64,000 nt of DNA from Candidatus Rokuibacteriota bacterium (GTDB lineage Bacteria > Methylomirabilota > Methylomirabilia > Rokubacteriales > CSP1-6). Made by a program: the position numbers and the translations under genes. The DNA lies in assembly GCA_003220265.1 (NCBI GenBank), contig QHRW01000115.1, positions 83,395-147,394 on the forward strand. The letters run 5' to 3'. Position 1 is the stretch's first letter. Every line of letters begins with the position of its first letter. The notes beneath the pieces are model-generated. The model ran no database searches. It saw only the letters and a program-made list of their open reading frames with translations, and was not told where the DNA came from. Below are positions 28,535-37,352 of the stretch, one piece after another.

Positions 28535-29524
28535 ATGCCTCAGTTCCGAGCGGACCTCGCAGGAGTCTCGGTGGGTGACGGCCTTCCGGTGGCTGTCATG
28601 GGCGTGATCAACGTGAGCCCGGAGTCCTTCCATGCCGGTTCCGTCCGCCGCCTGGACGATGTGCTCGCCACGGCGCAGGCCATGGTCGATGCCGGCGCCG
28701 CCCTGATCGACGTGGGGGCGCGCTCGACGGCGCCGTACCTGCCGACCGAGATCACGGAGTCCGAGGAAACTGCGCGCCTCGTGCCCGCCGTCGAGCTCCT
28801 TGCCGCCAAGCTCTCCGTGCCGGTCTCCGCGGACACCGCGCGGCCCGAGCCGGTCCGCGCCGCGCTCGAAGCCGGCGCGCGCGTGATCAACGACGTCTCC
28901 ACGCTGCGTGATCCCGCCGTCGCGCGACTCGTCGCCTCTCACGCCGTCTCGCTCATCCTCATGGCCGCGCCGACGGTCGGCGCGGGCCACCGCGGCGGGG
29001 CGGCGGGGGTCCGGCGACCACGAGCCCGGAACGTAGGCCGGTTGCCGCAAGGCCTTCAATCCGTGGCGCGTGCCAGCGTTGGGAGGGGAACGGGTCGGCG
29101 GACCCCCGCCGCCCCGCCACGGCGGCCCGCGCCAGCCCCCGGGGTGACCATCAGGAAGATTTTGGCGGAGGGGTTGCGACGGGCGCGCTCGGCGGGGATC
29201 TCACAATCCAGGATTGTCGTGGATCCGGGGATCGGGTTCTTCCGCGCCGAGCACCTCACCTGGGACGAGTGGGACGCGCGGGTGCTGGCGGGGCTCGCCT
29301 CGCTTCGCTCGCTCGCCAGGCCGATCTGTGTCGGTGTTTCGCGGAAGTCCTTTATCGGGGCGATCCTCGAGCGGCCGGAGACGGGCGATCGGCTTGCGGG
29401 GTCGATTGGGGCGACGGCGATTGCCGTTGTGAATGGGGCGGCGGTGATCAGGGCTCACGACGTCCGGGAGACGTGCGATGCGGTGCGGGTGGCGGAGCGC
29501 ATCCGACGGGTAGGGGCGCGATGA
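28535..29524 (+). CDS. folP: dihydropteroate synthase carrying an in-frame ~52-aa insertion
   Basis: VMGVINVSPESF, IDVGARST, INDVS and DPGIGF motifs, all in one frame. Residues encoded by ~28979-29133 are an Arg/Gly/Pro-rich segment specified by palindromic element copy B. Confidence 0.85.
   Translation: MPQFRADLAGVSVGDGLPVAVMGVINVSPESFHAGSVRRLDDVLATAQAMVDAGAALIDVGARSTAPYLPTEITESEETARLVPAVELLAAKLSVPVSADTARPEPVRAALEAGARVINDVSTLRDPAVARLVASHAVSLILMAAPTVGAGHRGGAAGVRRPRARNVGRLPQGLQSVARASVGRGTGRRTPAAPPRRPAPAPGVTIRKILAEGLRRARSAGISQSRIVVDPGIGFFRAEHLTWDEWDARVLAGLASLRSLARPICVGVSRKSFIGAILERPETGDRLAGSIGATAIAVVNGAAVIRAHDVRETCDAVRVAERIRRVGAR
28979..29133. repeat. 155-bp palindromic (MITE/REP-like) element, copy B, inside the folP reading frame
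   Basis: Arms GGCGCGGGCCACCGCGGCGGGGCGGCGGGGGTCCGGCGAC (28979-29018) and GTCGGCGGACCCCCGCCGCCCCGCCACGGCGGCCCGCGCC (29094-29133). The reverse complement aligns with copy A, including core blocks CCGTTCCC, GGCACGCGC and GCTCGTG. Confidence 0.8.
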
Positions 29525-30339
29525 GCGCGATGCTGGGAGCCCTGCGGTGGCGGGACGTGCTCGATATCGTGGTCGTGGCACTCATCATCTATCGCGTGCT
29601 GGCGCTGTTCCGCGGGACGCGCGCGGTGCAGATCACGATCGGGCTGGGTGTGCTCGGCGCGGCGGCGGTGGCGGCGCGGGCGCTGCAGCTCACGAGCCTG
29701 ACGTGGCTGCTCGACCACTTCTGGTCGTTCTGGGTCGTGGCGCTGATCGTCGTCTTCCAGCCCGAGCTGCGGCGCGCGCTGGGCTGGATCGGGCAGGCCT
29801 CGCTGCTCCAGCGCCTGACCGGCGGCGCCGAGCGCGCGCAGATGGTGGAGGAGATCGTGCGCGCGGTCGACTCGCTGGCTGCGCGCCGGATCGGCGCGCT
29901 CGTCGTGGTGGAGCGCGCGACGGGCCTGCGGCAGTACGCCGAGCTCGGCGTCGCGCTGGACGCCCTCGTGTCCTCCGACCTGCTGACGAGCGTGTTCCTG
30001 CCGTACTCGCCGCTCCACGACGGCGCGGTGATCGTGCAGGGCGGCCGCGTGGTGGCGGCCGGCTGCTTCCTGCCGCTGTCGCGCAACATGCAGCTTGGCC
30101 GGGCGCTCGGCACCCGGCACCGCGCCGCGCTGGGCATCGCGGAGGAGACGGACGCCGTCTCCATCGCCGTCTCCGAGGAGACGGGCGGACTCTCGATCGC
30201 CGTGTCGGGCCGCATCGAGCCCGTGGCCGAGCCCGATGCCCTCCGCCACCGCCTGAACGAGCTGCTGGGCGTGTCCGAGGTCCGCGCGGGTGAGGTGGTG
30301 GGGCTACGCGCGCTGCGGCGGCGCTGGAGCCGCGGCTGA
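29521..30339 (+). CDS. cdaA: diadenylate cyclase (c-di-AMP synthase)
   Basis: Three N-terminal TMs and a DAC domain with LHDGAVIV and GTRHRAALG. ATGA overlap with folP. Confidence 0.9.
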   Translation: MSAMLGALRWRDVLDIVVVALIIYRVLALFRGTRAVQITIGLGVLGAAAVAARALQLTSLTWLLDHFWSFWVVALIVVFQPELRRALGWIGQASLLQRLTGGAERAQMVEEIVRAVDSLAARRIGALVVVERATGLRQYAELGVALDALVSSDLLTSVFLPYSPLHDGAVIVQGGRVVAAGCFLPLSRNMQLGRALGTRHRAALGIAEETDAVSIAVSEETGGLSIAVSGRIEPVAEPDALRHRLNELLGVSEVRAGEVVGLRALRRRWSRG

Positions 30340-30341
30340 GG

Positions 30342-31019
30342 ATGCTGCGCGCGCTCGTCGAGTATTGGCAGCTCAAGCTCCTCGCGCTCTTCCTGGCCAT
30401 CGCGCTGTGGTTCTTCGTGGGCAGCGCGGAGCGCACCGAGATCGCCCTGGCCCTCCCCATCGAGTACGTCGGCCTCGAGGGCCCGCTGACCCTGGACGGC
30501 CCGCGGCGCGACATGGTGGACGTCCAGCTCCAGGCCACGCGGTGGGCCGCGGAGCGGGTCAGCCCGGCTACGGTCCGCGTCCGCGTGGACGTGAGCGGCC
30601 TGCGCGAGGGCGACAACGTGGTCCACATCGTCCCGGATGCCATCCAGACGCCGGCCGGCGTACGGGTGACCCGCGTGGCGCCGGCGTGGACGACGGTGCA
30701 CGCCACGCGCGCCGCCACGCGGACGGTGCAGGTGGTGCCTCAGGTCCTCGGCCGGCCCGCCGCCGATCACGTCGTGGGGCCCGTGGTGGTGGAGCCCACA
30801 ACTGTCCAGATCAAGGGCCCTCGCACTACAATCGAAGCGCGGACCGCCGTCGAGACCCTCCCGGTCGACGTCTCGGGCCTCCGCGGACCGGTGACCCAGA
30901 CCGTGGGGCTGGCCTTACCGGACTCGGTATACCCCGTCGACCGGCGTACGGTGAGCGTGACCGTGGAGATCCGACCGACGACAGCGCTGGAGCCGCGCGC
31001 AGCGGGCCCGCGGCGATGA
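30342..31019 (+). CDS. cdaR: YbbR-domain protein (CdaR-like regulator)
   Basis: N-terminal TM plus repeated YbbR-like beta modules. Conserved cdaA-cdaR-glmM order. Confidence 0.75.
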   Translation: MLRALVEYWQLKLLALFLAIALWFFVGSAERTEIALALPIEYVGLEGPLTLDGPRRDMVDVQLQATRWAAERVSPATVRVRVDVSGLREGDNVVHIVPDAIQTPAGVRVTRVAPAWTTVHATRAATRTVQVVPQVLGRPAADHVVGPVVVEPTTVQIKGPRTTIEARTAVETLPVDVSGLRGPVTQTVGLALPDSVYPVDRRTVSVTVEIRPTTALEPRAAGPRR

Positions 31020-32371
31020 ATCAACTGAGGCTGTTCGGGACCGACGGGATTCGTGGCGTCGCCAACGAGCCGCCGCTCACACCCGACCTCGCCTATCGCG
31101 TGGGGCGCGAGCTGGTGGTCACGCTGGCCGCCCAGCACGAGAGCGAGCACGTGCGCGTGGTGATCGGCCGCGATACGCGCCGCTCGGGGCCGCTGCTGGA
31201 GGCGGCCATGGTGGCCGGGCTCCTGTCGGCCGGCGCCGACTGCTTCTCGGTCGGCGTCCTGCCCACGCCCGGCATCGCGCTGCTCACCCGCGGGCTCGAC
31301 GCCCACGGCGGCATCGTGCTCTCGGCCTCCCACAATCCGTTCGAGGACAACGGCATCAAGCTCTTCTCCTCCAACAGCACGAAGTTTCCCGACGTATGGG
31401 AGGACCAGATCGAGGCGCGCGTGAAGGCGCCCGACGCCGCGCCCCGCGCGCGCGGCGCCGCCATCGGCCGCCTGGTGACGTACGAGCGCGCCGAGAAGTA
31501 CTATGTGGACTTCCTCTGCCGCTGCTTTCCGCTCGACCTGGCCGGCATCACGATCGCGCTCGACTGCGCCCACGGCGCGACGTACCGCGTGGCGCCCAGT
31601 GTCTTCCGCCGCCTCGGCGCGCGCGTGCTGGTCATCGCCGCCCAGCCCGACGGCACCAACATCAACGCCGGCTGCGGCGCGCTCCATCCGGACGGGTTGC
31701 GCAAGCGCCTGGTGGCGGCCAGCGCCGACGTGGGCTTCGCCTTCGACGGCGACGGCGACCGGCTGATCTCCGTCGATCACCTGGGCGAGATCCGCGACGG
31801 CGACTACGCGCTGGCCATCGCCGCCCGCCACATGGCCCAGCAGGGACGCCTGCAGACCAACACCGTCGTCACCACCGTGATGGCCAACCTCGGCCTCGAC
31901 GAGTGCTTGCGGGCGGCCGGCATCAAGATGGTGAAGACGCAGGTCGGGGACCGCTACGTGCACGAGGAGATGCAGCGCATGGGCGCCAATCTCGGCGGCG
32001 AGCAGTCCGGCCACCTGTTGTTCCCCGACTACTCGCCGACCGGCGATGGCATCCTCTCCGCGCTGGCCCTGCTGGCGGTGATGCGCGAGAGCGGCGAGGC
32101 GCTGGCCTCGCTGGCCACCTGCATGCGCAAGTTCCCCCAGGTGCTCGTCAACGTGCCGGTCGCTCGCAAGCCGCCCATCGAGTCGCTCACGGGCGTGATG
32201 GACCGCGTGCGCGCCTTCGAGAGCGAGATGAACGGCACCGGCCGCATCCTGCTCCGCTACTCGGGCACCGAGTCGCTGGCCCGCGTGATGATCGAGGGCT
32301 CCGACGAGGCGCGTATCCGCGCGATGGCCGACGAGCTCGCCTCGGCCATCCGCACGCAGCTGGGCCAATGA
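31016..32371 (+). CDS. glmM: phosphoglucosamine mutase
   Basis: FGTDGIRG, phosphoserine loop SASHNPFEDNGIK, and GDGDR. Confidence 0.95.
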   Translation: MNQLRLFGTDGIRGVANEPPLTPDLAYRVGRELVVTLAAQHESEHVRVVIGRDTRRSGPLLEAAMVAGLLSAGADCFSVGVLPTPGIALLTRGLDAHGGIVLSASHNPFEDNGIKLFSSNSTKFPDVWEDQIEARVKAPDAAPRARGAAIGRLVTYERAEKYYVDFLCRCFPLDLAGITIALDCAHGATYRVAPSVFRRLGARVLVIAAQPDGTNINAGCGALHPDGLRKRLVAASADVGFAFDGDGDRLISVDHLGEIRDGDYALAIAARHMAQQGRLQTNTVVTTVMANLGLDECLRAAGIKMVKTQVGDRYVHEEMQRMGANLGGEQSGHLLFPDYSPTGDGILSALALLAVMRESGEALASLATCMRKFPQVLVNVPVARKPPIESLTGVMDRVRAFESEMNGTGRILLRYSGTESLARVMIEGSDEARIRAMADELASAIRTQLGQ

Positions 32372-32430
32372 GCACGCGGGGAATCGAGGAGCGCCACGGG
32401 TTTCCCGAGGCGCTCCGAGCGCCGGGGGGC

Positions 32431-32457
32431 GTGGGGGGCCATGTCGGGGCCCCCCAC
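32431..32457 (+). terminator. GC-clamp hairpin after glmM (no U tract)
   Basis: GTGGGGGGCC-atgtcgg-GGCCCCCCAC, a perfect 10-bp stem. Confidence 0.35.
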
Positions 32458-32468
32458 CAGGTGAGCGC

Positions 32469-32885
32469 GTGAGCGTCTGCGGCGTCGGCGTGGACCTGGT
32501 GAAGATCCCGCGCATGCGCGAGGTCATCGCGCGCTGGGACGAACGGTTCCTCCGCCGCGTCTTCACCGAGCAGGAGATCGCCTACTGCCGCGCGCGGCGC
32601 GACCCAGTGCCGCACTTCGCCGCACGCTTCGCCGCCAAGGAGGCCGGCATGAAGGCCCTCGGCACAGGCTTGCGCCTGGGCGTGAAGTGGCGCGAGCTCG
32701 AGGTCCGGCGCGAGCGCGGCCAAGCGCCGACGCTCGTGCTACACGGCCGCTCGCGCGAGCTGGGCCTGGCGCGCGGCGGCCGCCGGATGCTGCTGGCCCT
32801 CACGCACGAGGGCGACTACGCGCTCGCGCACGCGCTCCTGGTGGACGATGACCCCGCGCTGGCGGCGGACCCGGCGCCTCACTAG
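32469..32885 (+). CDS. acpS: holo-[acyl-carrier-protein] synthase
   Basis: GTG start. GVGVDLVKI, FAAKEAGMKALG and a C-terminal THEGDYA motif. Confidence 0.9.
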   Translation: MSVCGVGVDLVKIPRMREVIARWDERFLRRVFTEQEIAYCRARRDPVPHFAARFAAKEAGMKALGTGLRLGVKWRELEVRRERGQAPTLVLHGRSRELGLARGGRRMLLALTHEGDYALAHALLVDDDPALAADPAPH

Positions 32886-33474
32886 CGTGGCCGCGGCCGT
32901 GCTGGTCCTCTACGGCTGTGCGGCGCAGTCCGTGGATCGCGCCGCCTCGCCCACGCGCGCTCACATCGCCGCCCGCCCGGGTCGCCCCGGCTTCGTCGTG
33001 GCCGCTCCGCACCCCGGCCGCGACGCCGACACCGACCGCATCGTGACCGAGATTGCCCGCCGCACGGGGTTCGGGCTCGTGGTGGCGACCGCCTCCGAGG
33101 CGCAAGCATACGAGCAGCGCGTCCTGGAGGCGGCGCAGGGGCCGCTCCACTTCTATGCCGAGATCCGCGGCATCGACCGGCCGGGATGCGCGGGCCAGCT
33201 CGAGATCGCCACCGTCGGCGTGGATCGCGAGCTCGCGCAGCGGCTGCGCGCGCTGGCCGAGCTGATCCGCGACGCCTACCTGCGCGCCAATCGCGACGTC
33301 CAGCGCCTCGACGTGCAGGTCGAGCCGGCCCCGCGCGACGGCATCCTGCGACTGCCCCAGCGCGCGCTCCACATCGAGCTGCCGCGCTGCGACCGCCGCG
33401 AGTGGCGCGAGACGTACACGTCGATTCTCGCCGACTTCCTCGCTCAGGCCGTCATCCTGCCGGCCGGCCGATGA
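32848..33474 (+). CDS. hypothetical lipoprotein
   Basis: Basic n-region, a hydrophobic stretch and ...VLVLYGC, a lipobox-like cysteine. No family recognised. Start uncertain (ATG 32848 or GTG 32887). Confidence 0.55.
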   Translation: MTPRWRRTRRLTSVAAAVLVLYGCAAQSVDRAASPTRAHIAARPGRPGFVVAAPHPGRDADTDRIVTEIARRTGFGLVVATASEAQAYEQRVLEAAQGPLHFYAEIRGIDRPGCAGQLEIATVGVDRELAQRLRALAELIRDAYLRANRDVQRLDVQVEPAPRDGILRLPQRALHIELPRCDRREWRETYTSILADFLAQAVILPAGR

Positions 33475-33511
33475 AACGCGCCCGCCGTCCGTCGCTCGAG
33501 CGAGCCTAGCC

Positions 33512-35071
33512 ATGCTGCCGGTGTTCACGGCCGAGGAGATGCGCCGGGTGGATCAGCGCGCCATCCGCGAGCTGGGGATTCCTGGCGCGACGCTCATGGA
33601 GAATGCCGGCCGTGGGGCGGCCGAGCAGATCCTGGCGGAGCTCTCGACCCTTGGCTTCAGTCGGCGCGGCGTGCGGGTCGCCATCCTGTGCGGCAAGGGC
33701 GGCAATGGCGGCGACGGCTTCGTCGTCGCGCGCTGGCTCAAGCGCGCCGGCCATCGCGTGGAGGTGTTTCTGCTCGCGCGCCCCGACGAGCTGCGCGGCG
33801 ACGCCGCGCTCAAGCACCGCGAGATGGAGCGCCGCGCCATCCGCACGCGCGTGGTGCAGGACGACACCGATCTCGCCCGTGCGCTGGCCGATGCCGACCT
33901 CGTGGTGGACGCGCTGCTCGGTACCGGCGCGCGCGGGGCGCCCGCGCCCGCCATCGCGCGCGCGATCGAGCAGATCAACGCCAGCGGCCGTCCCGTCGTG
34001 TCGCTCGACATCCCGTCCGGTCTGCCCGCCGACGGTGAGGCTCCGGCCGGCCCCGTCGTGCGCGCGCTGCTGACGACGACGTTCGCGGGCATCAAGCGCG
34101 GCTTGATCGGCGCCCACGGTCGCGATACGGCCGGCCGCGTGGAGGTGGTCGACATCGGCGTCCCGCCCGCCGAGGTCGCCCGCGGCATCGCCACGTTCCT
34201 TCTGCAGGCGGCCGACGTCGCCTGCCACTTTCCGCGGCGTCCGCGCGAGGCCCACAAGGGCAGCTACGGCCACCTGCTATTGGTGGCGGGCTCCGTCGGC
34301 AAGACCGGCGCCGCCGCGCTGGCGGCGCGCGCCGCGATGCGCGCCGGTGCCGGGCTGGTCACGGTCGCCACCGCGCACAGCGCCCAGCCGGTCGTCGCGT
34401 CGCTCATCGTGGAAGCCATGAGCGAGCCCGCGCCCGAGACGGAGGCGGGCTCGCTCGCGCTCAAGGCGCGCGAGCGGCTGGTCGAGCTGCTGGAGCAGCG
34501 CGACGCCCTCGCGGTGGGGCCCGGGCTGGGCCTCGACGAGGACACACAGACGCTGGCCCGCGCGCTCGTGTTCGAGGGCCGCCGTCCGTGCGCCGTGGAT
34601 GCCGACGCGCTGACCGCTCTCGTGGGTCACCTCGAGCGGCTGCGGAGCGCGCCGGCCCCGCGCTGCCTCACGCCGCATCCCGGCGAGATGGCGCGCCTGC
34701 TCGGTGTCAGCGTGGCCGACGTGCAGCGCGATCGCATCCAGACCGTCCGCGAGTTCGCCACCAGGTGGGGCGTGCACGTGGTCCTCAAGGGCGCCACCAG
34801 CGTGATCGGCACACCGTCGGGCGTGGTGCTGTTGAACCCGACCGGCAATCCCGGCATGGCCAGCGGCGGCACCGGCGACGTCCTCACCGGCGTGCTCGGC
34901 GCGTTCCTGGCGCGCGGGCTCGAGGCCATCGACGCGCTCGCCTGCGCCGTGTACCTGCACGGGCTCGCGGGCGACATCGCCGCCGCGCGCCACGGTCAGG
35001 AGTCGCTGATCGCGAGCGACGTCGTCGAGGCGCTGCCGTCCGCCTTCGCGGCCGTCAGTGGCCGCGACTAG
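33512..35071 (+). CDS. nnr: bifunctional NAD(P)H-hydrate repair enzyme (epimerase/dehydratase)
   Basis: YjeF_N (CGKGGNGGDG) fused to a carbohydrate-kinase-like C-terminal domain (GGTGDVLTG). Confidence 0.9.
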   Translation: MLPVFTAEEMRRVDQRAIRELGIPGATLMENAGRGAAEQILAELSTLGFSRRGVRVAILCGKGGNGGDGFVVARWLKRAGHRVEVFLLARPDELRGDAALKHREMERRAIRTRVVQDDTDLARALADADLVVDALLGTGARGAPAPAIARAIEQINASGRPVVSLDIPSGLPADGEAPAGPVVRALLTTTFAGIKRGLIGAHGRDTAGRVEVVDIGVPPAEVARGIATFLLQAADVACHFPRRPREAHKGSYGHLLLVAGSVGKTGAAALAARAAMRAGAGLVTVATAHSAQPVVASLIVEAMSEPAPETEAGSLALKARERLVELLEQRDALAVGPGLGLDEDTQTLARALVFEGRRPCAVDADALTALVGHLERLRSAPAPRCLTPHPGEMARLLGVSVADVQRDRIQTVREFATRWGVHVVLKGATSVIGTPSGVVLLNPTGNPGMASGGTGDVLTGVLGAFLARGLEAIDALACAVYLHGLAGDIAAARHGQESLIASDVVEALPSAFAAVSGRD

Positions 35072-35513
35072 CCTCCGCACGACGACGCCGGCCGAGACGG
35101 CCGCCGCCGGCGAGGCGCTCGGGCGCACGCTCGGAGCCGGCGACGTCGTCGCGCTCTACGGCGAGCTCGGCGCCGGCAAGACCTGTCTCATCCAGGGGCT
35201 CGTGCGCGGGCTCGGCGTCACCACGCACGCCACCAGCCCCACGTTCGTCCTCGTCAACGAATACCGCGGGCGCCTGCCGGTGCATCACGTGGACGCCTAT
35301 CGCACCGGCAGCCTCACCGAGCTCATGGACTTCGGCCTGCTGGATCTGATCGGCGGCGACGGCGTCACGCTCGTCGAGTGGGCCGACCGCGCCGAGCCGC
35401 TGATGCCACCGCGCACCGTGCGCGTGCGGATCGACGGGGTGGGGGACGAGCCCCGCGCGATCACGATCGACGACCCTCGTAAAGAGGGGGAGCGACCGCC
35501 GCTCCCCCTCTAG
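35058..35513 (+). CDS. tsaE: tRNA t6A37 biosynthesis ATPase TsaE
   Basis: P-loop GELGAGKT, SPTFVLVNEY and HVDAYR. Confidence 0.9.
   Translation: MAATSLRTTTPAETAAAGEALGRTLGAGDVVALYGELGAGKTCLIQGLVRGLGVTTHATSPTFVLVNEYRGRLPVHHVDAYRTGSLTELMDFGLLDLIGGDGVTLVEWADRAEPLMPPRTVRVRIDGVGDEPRAITIDDPRKEGERPPLPL
35483..35511 (+). terminator. 12-bp perfect hairpin spanning the tsaE stop
   Basis: AGAGGGGGAGCG-accgc-CGCTCCCCCTCT. No U tract. Confidence 0.35.
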
Positions 35514-35632
35514 ACTCCCCCAACGGGGACCCGCGAGGCGTTTCTACTGACGCTCGAACACCGGCCGCTCAGTGGGCGGCCGTATTCGATCTCGGACATT
35601 GACGGCGCGTGGCGATCGCCGTACGAAGCGGT

Positions 35633-36307
35633 ATGGCGATCGAGCGCTGGCCGGCCACGGAGCGCCCGCGCGAGCGGCTCTACTGGAACGGCGCCGACGC
35701 CCTGGCCGACGCCGAGCTGCTGGCGCTGCAGCTCGGCTCCGGACGGCGTGGCAAGACGGCCGTGGAAGTGGCGCGCGAGATGCTGGCGGCGTACGGCTCG
35801 CTGGCGGGCGTCGCGGGTCGCGAGGCGGCCGAGCTCGCGAAGCTGCCCGGCGTCGGCCCCGCCAAGGCCGCGCGCCTGGCCTCGGCATTCGAGCTCACGC
35901 GGCGCTTGCGCGCGCGCACGCCGGGCATACGCATCGCGCTGTCGTCACCGGCCGAGGTCTACGCGGCCTTCGGTCCGCTCATGGAAGATCTGCCGCGCGA
36001 GGTCTTCCGCGTGGCGCTGCTGGACGCCCAGAACGGGCTCCTGCGCGACCTGGTGATCTCCGAAGGCACGCTGTCGGCCAGCCTCGTGCACCCGCGCGAG
36101 GTCTTCAAGCCGGCCATCCTCGAGTCCGCGGCCTCGATCATCCTGCTCCACAACCATCCGAGCGGCGATCCCACGCCGAGCCGGGAAGACCTGCGTCTCA
36201 CGCGCCAGCTTGCCGAGGCGGCGCGCCTGATGGACCTGCGCATCCACGATCACGTCGTCATCGGCCGCGGCCGCTACGTCAGCCTGGCCGAGAAGGGTAT
36301 TATTTGA
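35633..36307 (+). CDS. radC: RadC-family JAB-domain protein
   Basis: ELLALQLGSG, an HhH region, and the JAMM motif LLHNHPSGDPTPS. Confidence 0.85.
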   Translation: MAIERWPATERPRERLYWNGADALADAELLALQLGSGRRGKTAVEVAREMLAAYGSLAGVAGREAAELAKLPGVGPAKAARLASAFELTRRLRARTPGIRIALSSPAEVYAAFGPLMEDLPREVFRVALLDAQNGLLRDLVISEGTLSASLVHPREVFKPAILESAASIILLHNHPSGDPTPSREDLRLTRQLAEAARLMDLRIHDHVVIGRGRYVSLAEKGII

Positions 36308-36323
36308 CGCGGAGGCTCACGCC

Positions 36324-36776
36324 ATGGGAATCAAGGTGCGCAACGTCGGGCACGTGGTGCTGAAGGTGCGGGACGCCGAGCGGTCGGCGCGCTTCTATCG
36401 CGACGTGCTGGGCCTCAAGGAGGTCGCGCGGGGCAACTTCGGGCGTCCGATGGTGTTCTTCTCCACGGGCGAGAACCACCACGACGTGGCGGTCATGGAA
36501 GTCGGGCCGCAGGCGCCGCTGCCGGAGGCCGGGGGCGTGGGGCTCTACCACGTCGCGCTTCGCATCGGCACCACGCTCGACGAGCTGCGCGCCGCCAAGG
36601 CGCACCTGGAGGCGCACGGCATCACGAAGCTGCGCATCACCGATCATCGCGTGAGCCAGTCGATCTATCTCGACGATCCGGACGGCAACGGCGTGGAGCT
36701 CTACGTGGATGCGGATCCGGCGATCTGGCGGGAAGATCCCAGCCGAGTAGCTTCGGTAGGACCGCTGACGCTCTGA
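36324..36776 (+). CDS. VOC-family (glyoxalase/dioxygenase-fold) protein
   Basis: NVGHVVLKVRDAERSARFYRDVLGL, HHDVAV, HVALRI and DPDGNGVELY. Confidence 0.85.
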   Translation: MGIKVRNVGHVVLKVRDAERSARFYRDVLGLKEVARGNFGRPMVFFSTGENHHDVAVMEVGPQAPLPEAGGVGLYHVALRIGTTLDELRAAKAHLEAHGITKLRITDHRVSQSIYLDDPDGNGVELYVDADPAIWREDPSRVASVGPLTL

Positions 36777-36783
36777 GCGGCGG

Positions 36784-37023
36784 CTAGTTCTTCGCGAGCT
36801 TCTCGATCTCCTTGCGCGTCATCGCCTGACAGCGCGTGAGGAGGCCCTTCACCTTCCGCTCCGAGGCGTGGTCGGCCAGGATCAGCTTCTTGGAGCGACT
36901 TCCGTTGGCGATATACGCCACCCAGTCGTCCAGGTTCGGGGTGCCACGGTATGCGACGGTGACCCCGCTCATTCGCATCCGCCGACGACCCTCGACCTTC
37001 GCGAGTGGCTTCCGACCTTCCAT
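36784..37023 (-). CDS. small basic hypothetical protein (79 aa)
   Basis: GAGAGGG lies 8 nt before the ATG, and a strong promoter-like element lies ~100 nt upstream. No family recognised. Confidence 0.5.
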   Translation of the reverse strand: MEGRKPLAKVEGRRRMRMSGVTVAYRGTPNLDDWVAYIANGSRSKKLILADHASERKVKGLLTRCQAMTRKEIEKLAKN

Positions 37024-37120
37024 CGCGTGTGGCCCTCTCGTCTCGAGATGTCAGAGTGTGCCGGTCGGCATCGACCGCCGTGCCCCCGTCTTGATGGGAG
37101 CGATGTCGAGCACGACGGAG

Positions 37121-37149
37121 AAATTACGAGCGTAAAGATTTCACGTCAA
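37121..37149 (-). promoter_or_regulatory. sigma70-like promoter (TTGACG-17 nt-TAATTT)
   Basis: The minus strand reads TTGACG (37149-37144), a 17-nt spacer, then TAATTT (37126-37121). It points at the 79-aa ORF. Confidence 0.4.
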
Positions 37150-37313
37150 GGTTTCGTTTGCACGCGCCAAATGCGCGCTTCGTGCGCGCGGCGAGGACTT
37201 CGACCAGTGATCATCGCGGAATTATCCTCACCGGTGCATTTAGTGGACGAACGACGCGGCAATGCTTTGGGCACGCCTCGGCAGCCCGCATCAGGCCGGT
37301 CGAATTAGTCACC

Positions 37314-37340
37314 TGTGGACAAGTGTGGACAAGTGGATAA
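37314..37340 (-). promoter_or_regulatory. three tandem DnaA-box-like 9-mers
   Basis: The minus strand reads TTATCCAC-TTGTCCACA-C-TTGTCCACA. TTGTCCACA is the high-GC DnaA-box variant and TTATCCACT is 8/9 to TTATCCACA. Confidence 0.45.
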
Positions 37341-37352
37341 CCTGTGAGCAAC

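Noticed and set aside
36780-37352. Declaring this region the chromosomal origin (oriC).
   Set aside because: There are only three to four boxes, no dnaA/dnaN nearby, and I cannot compute skew on a 64-kb window. It is kept as a DnaA-box cluster hypothesis only.
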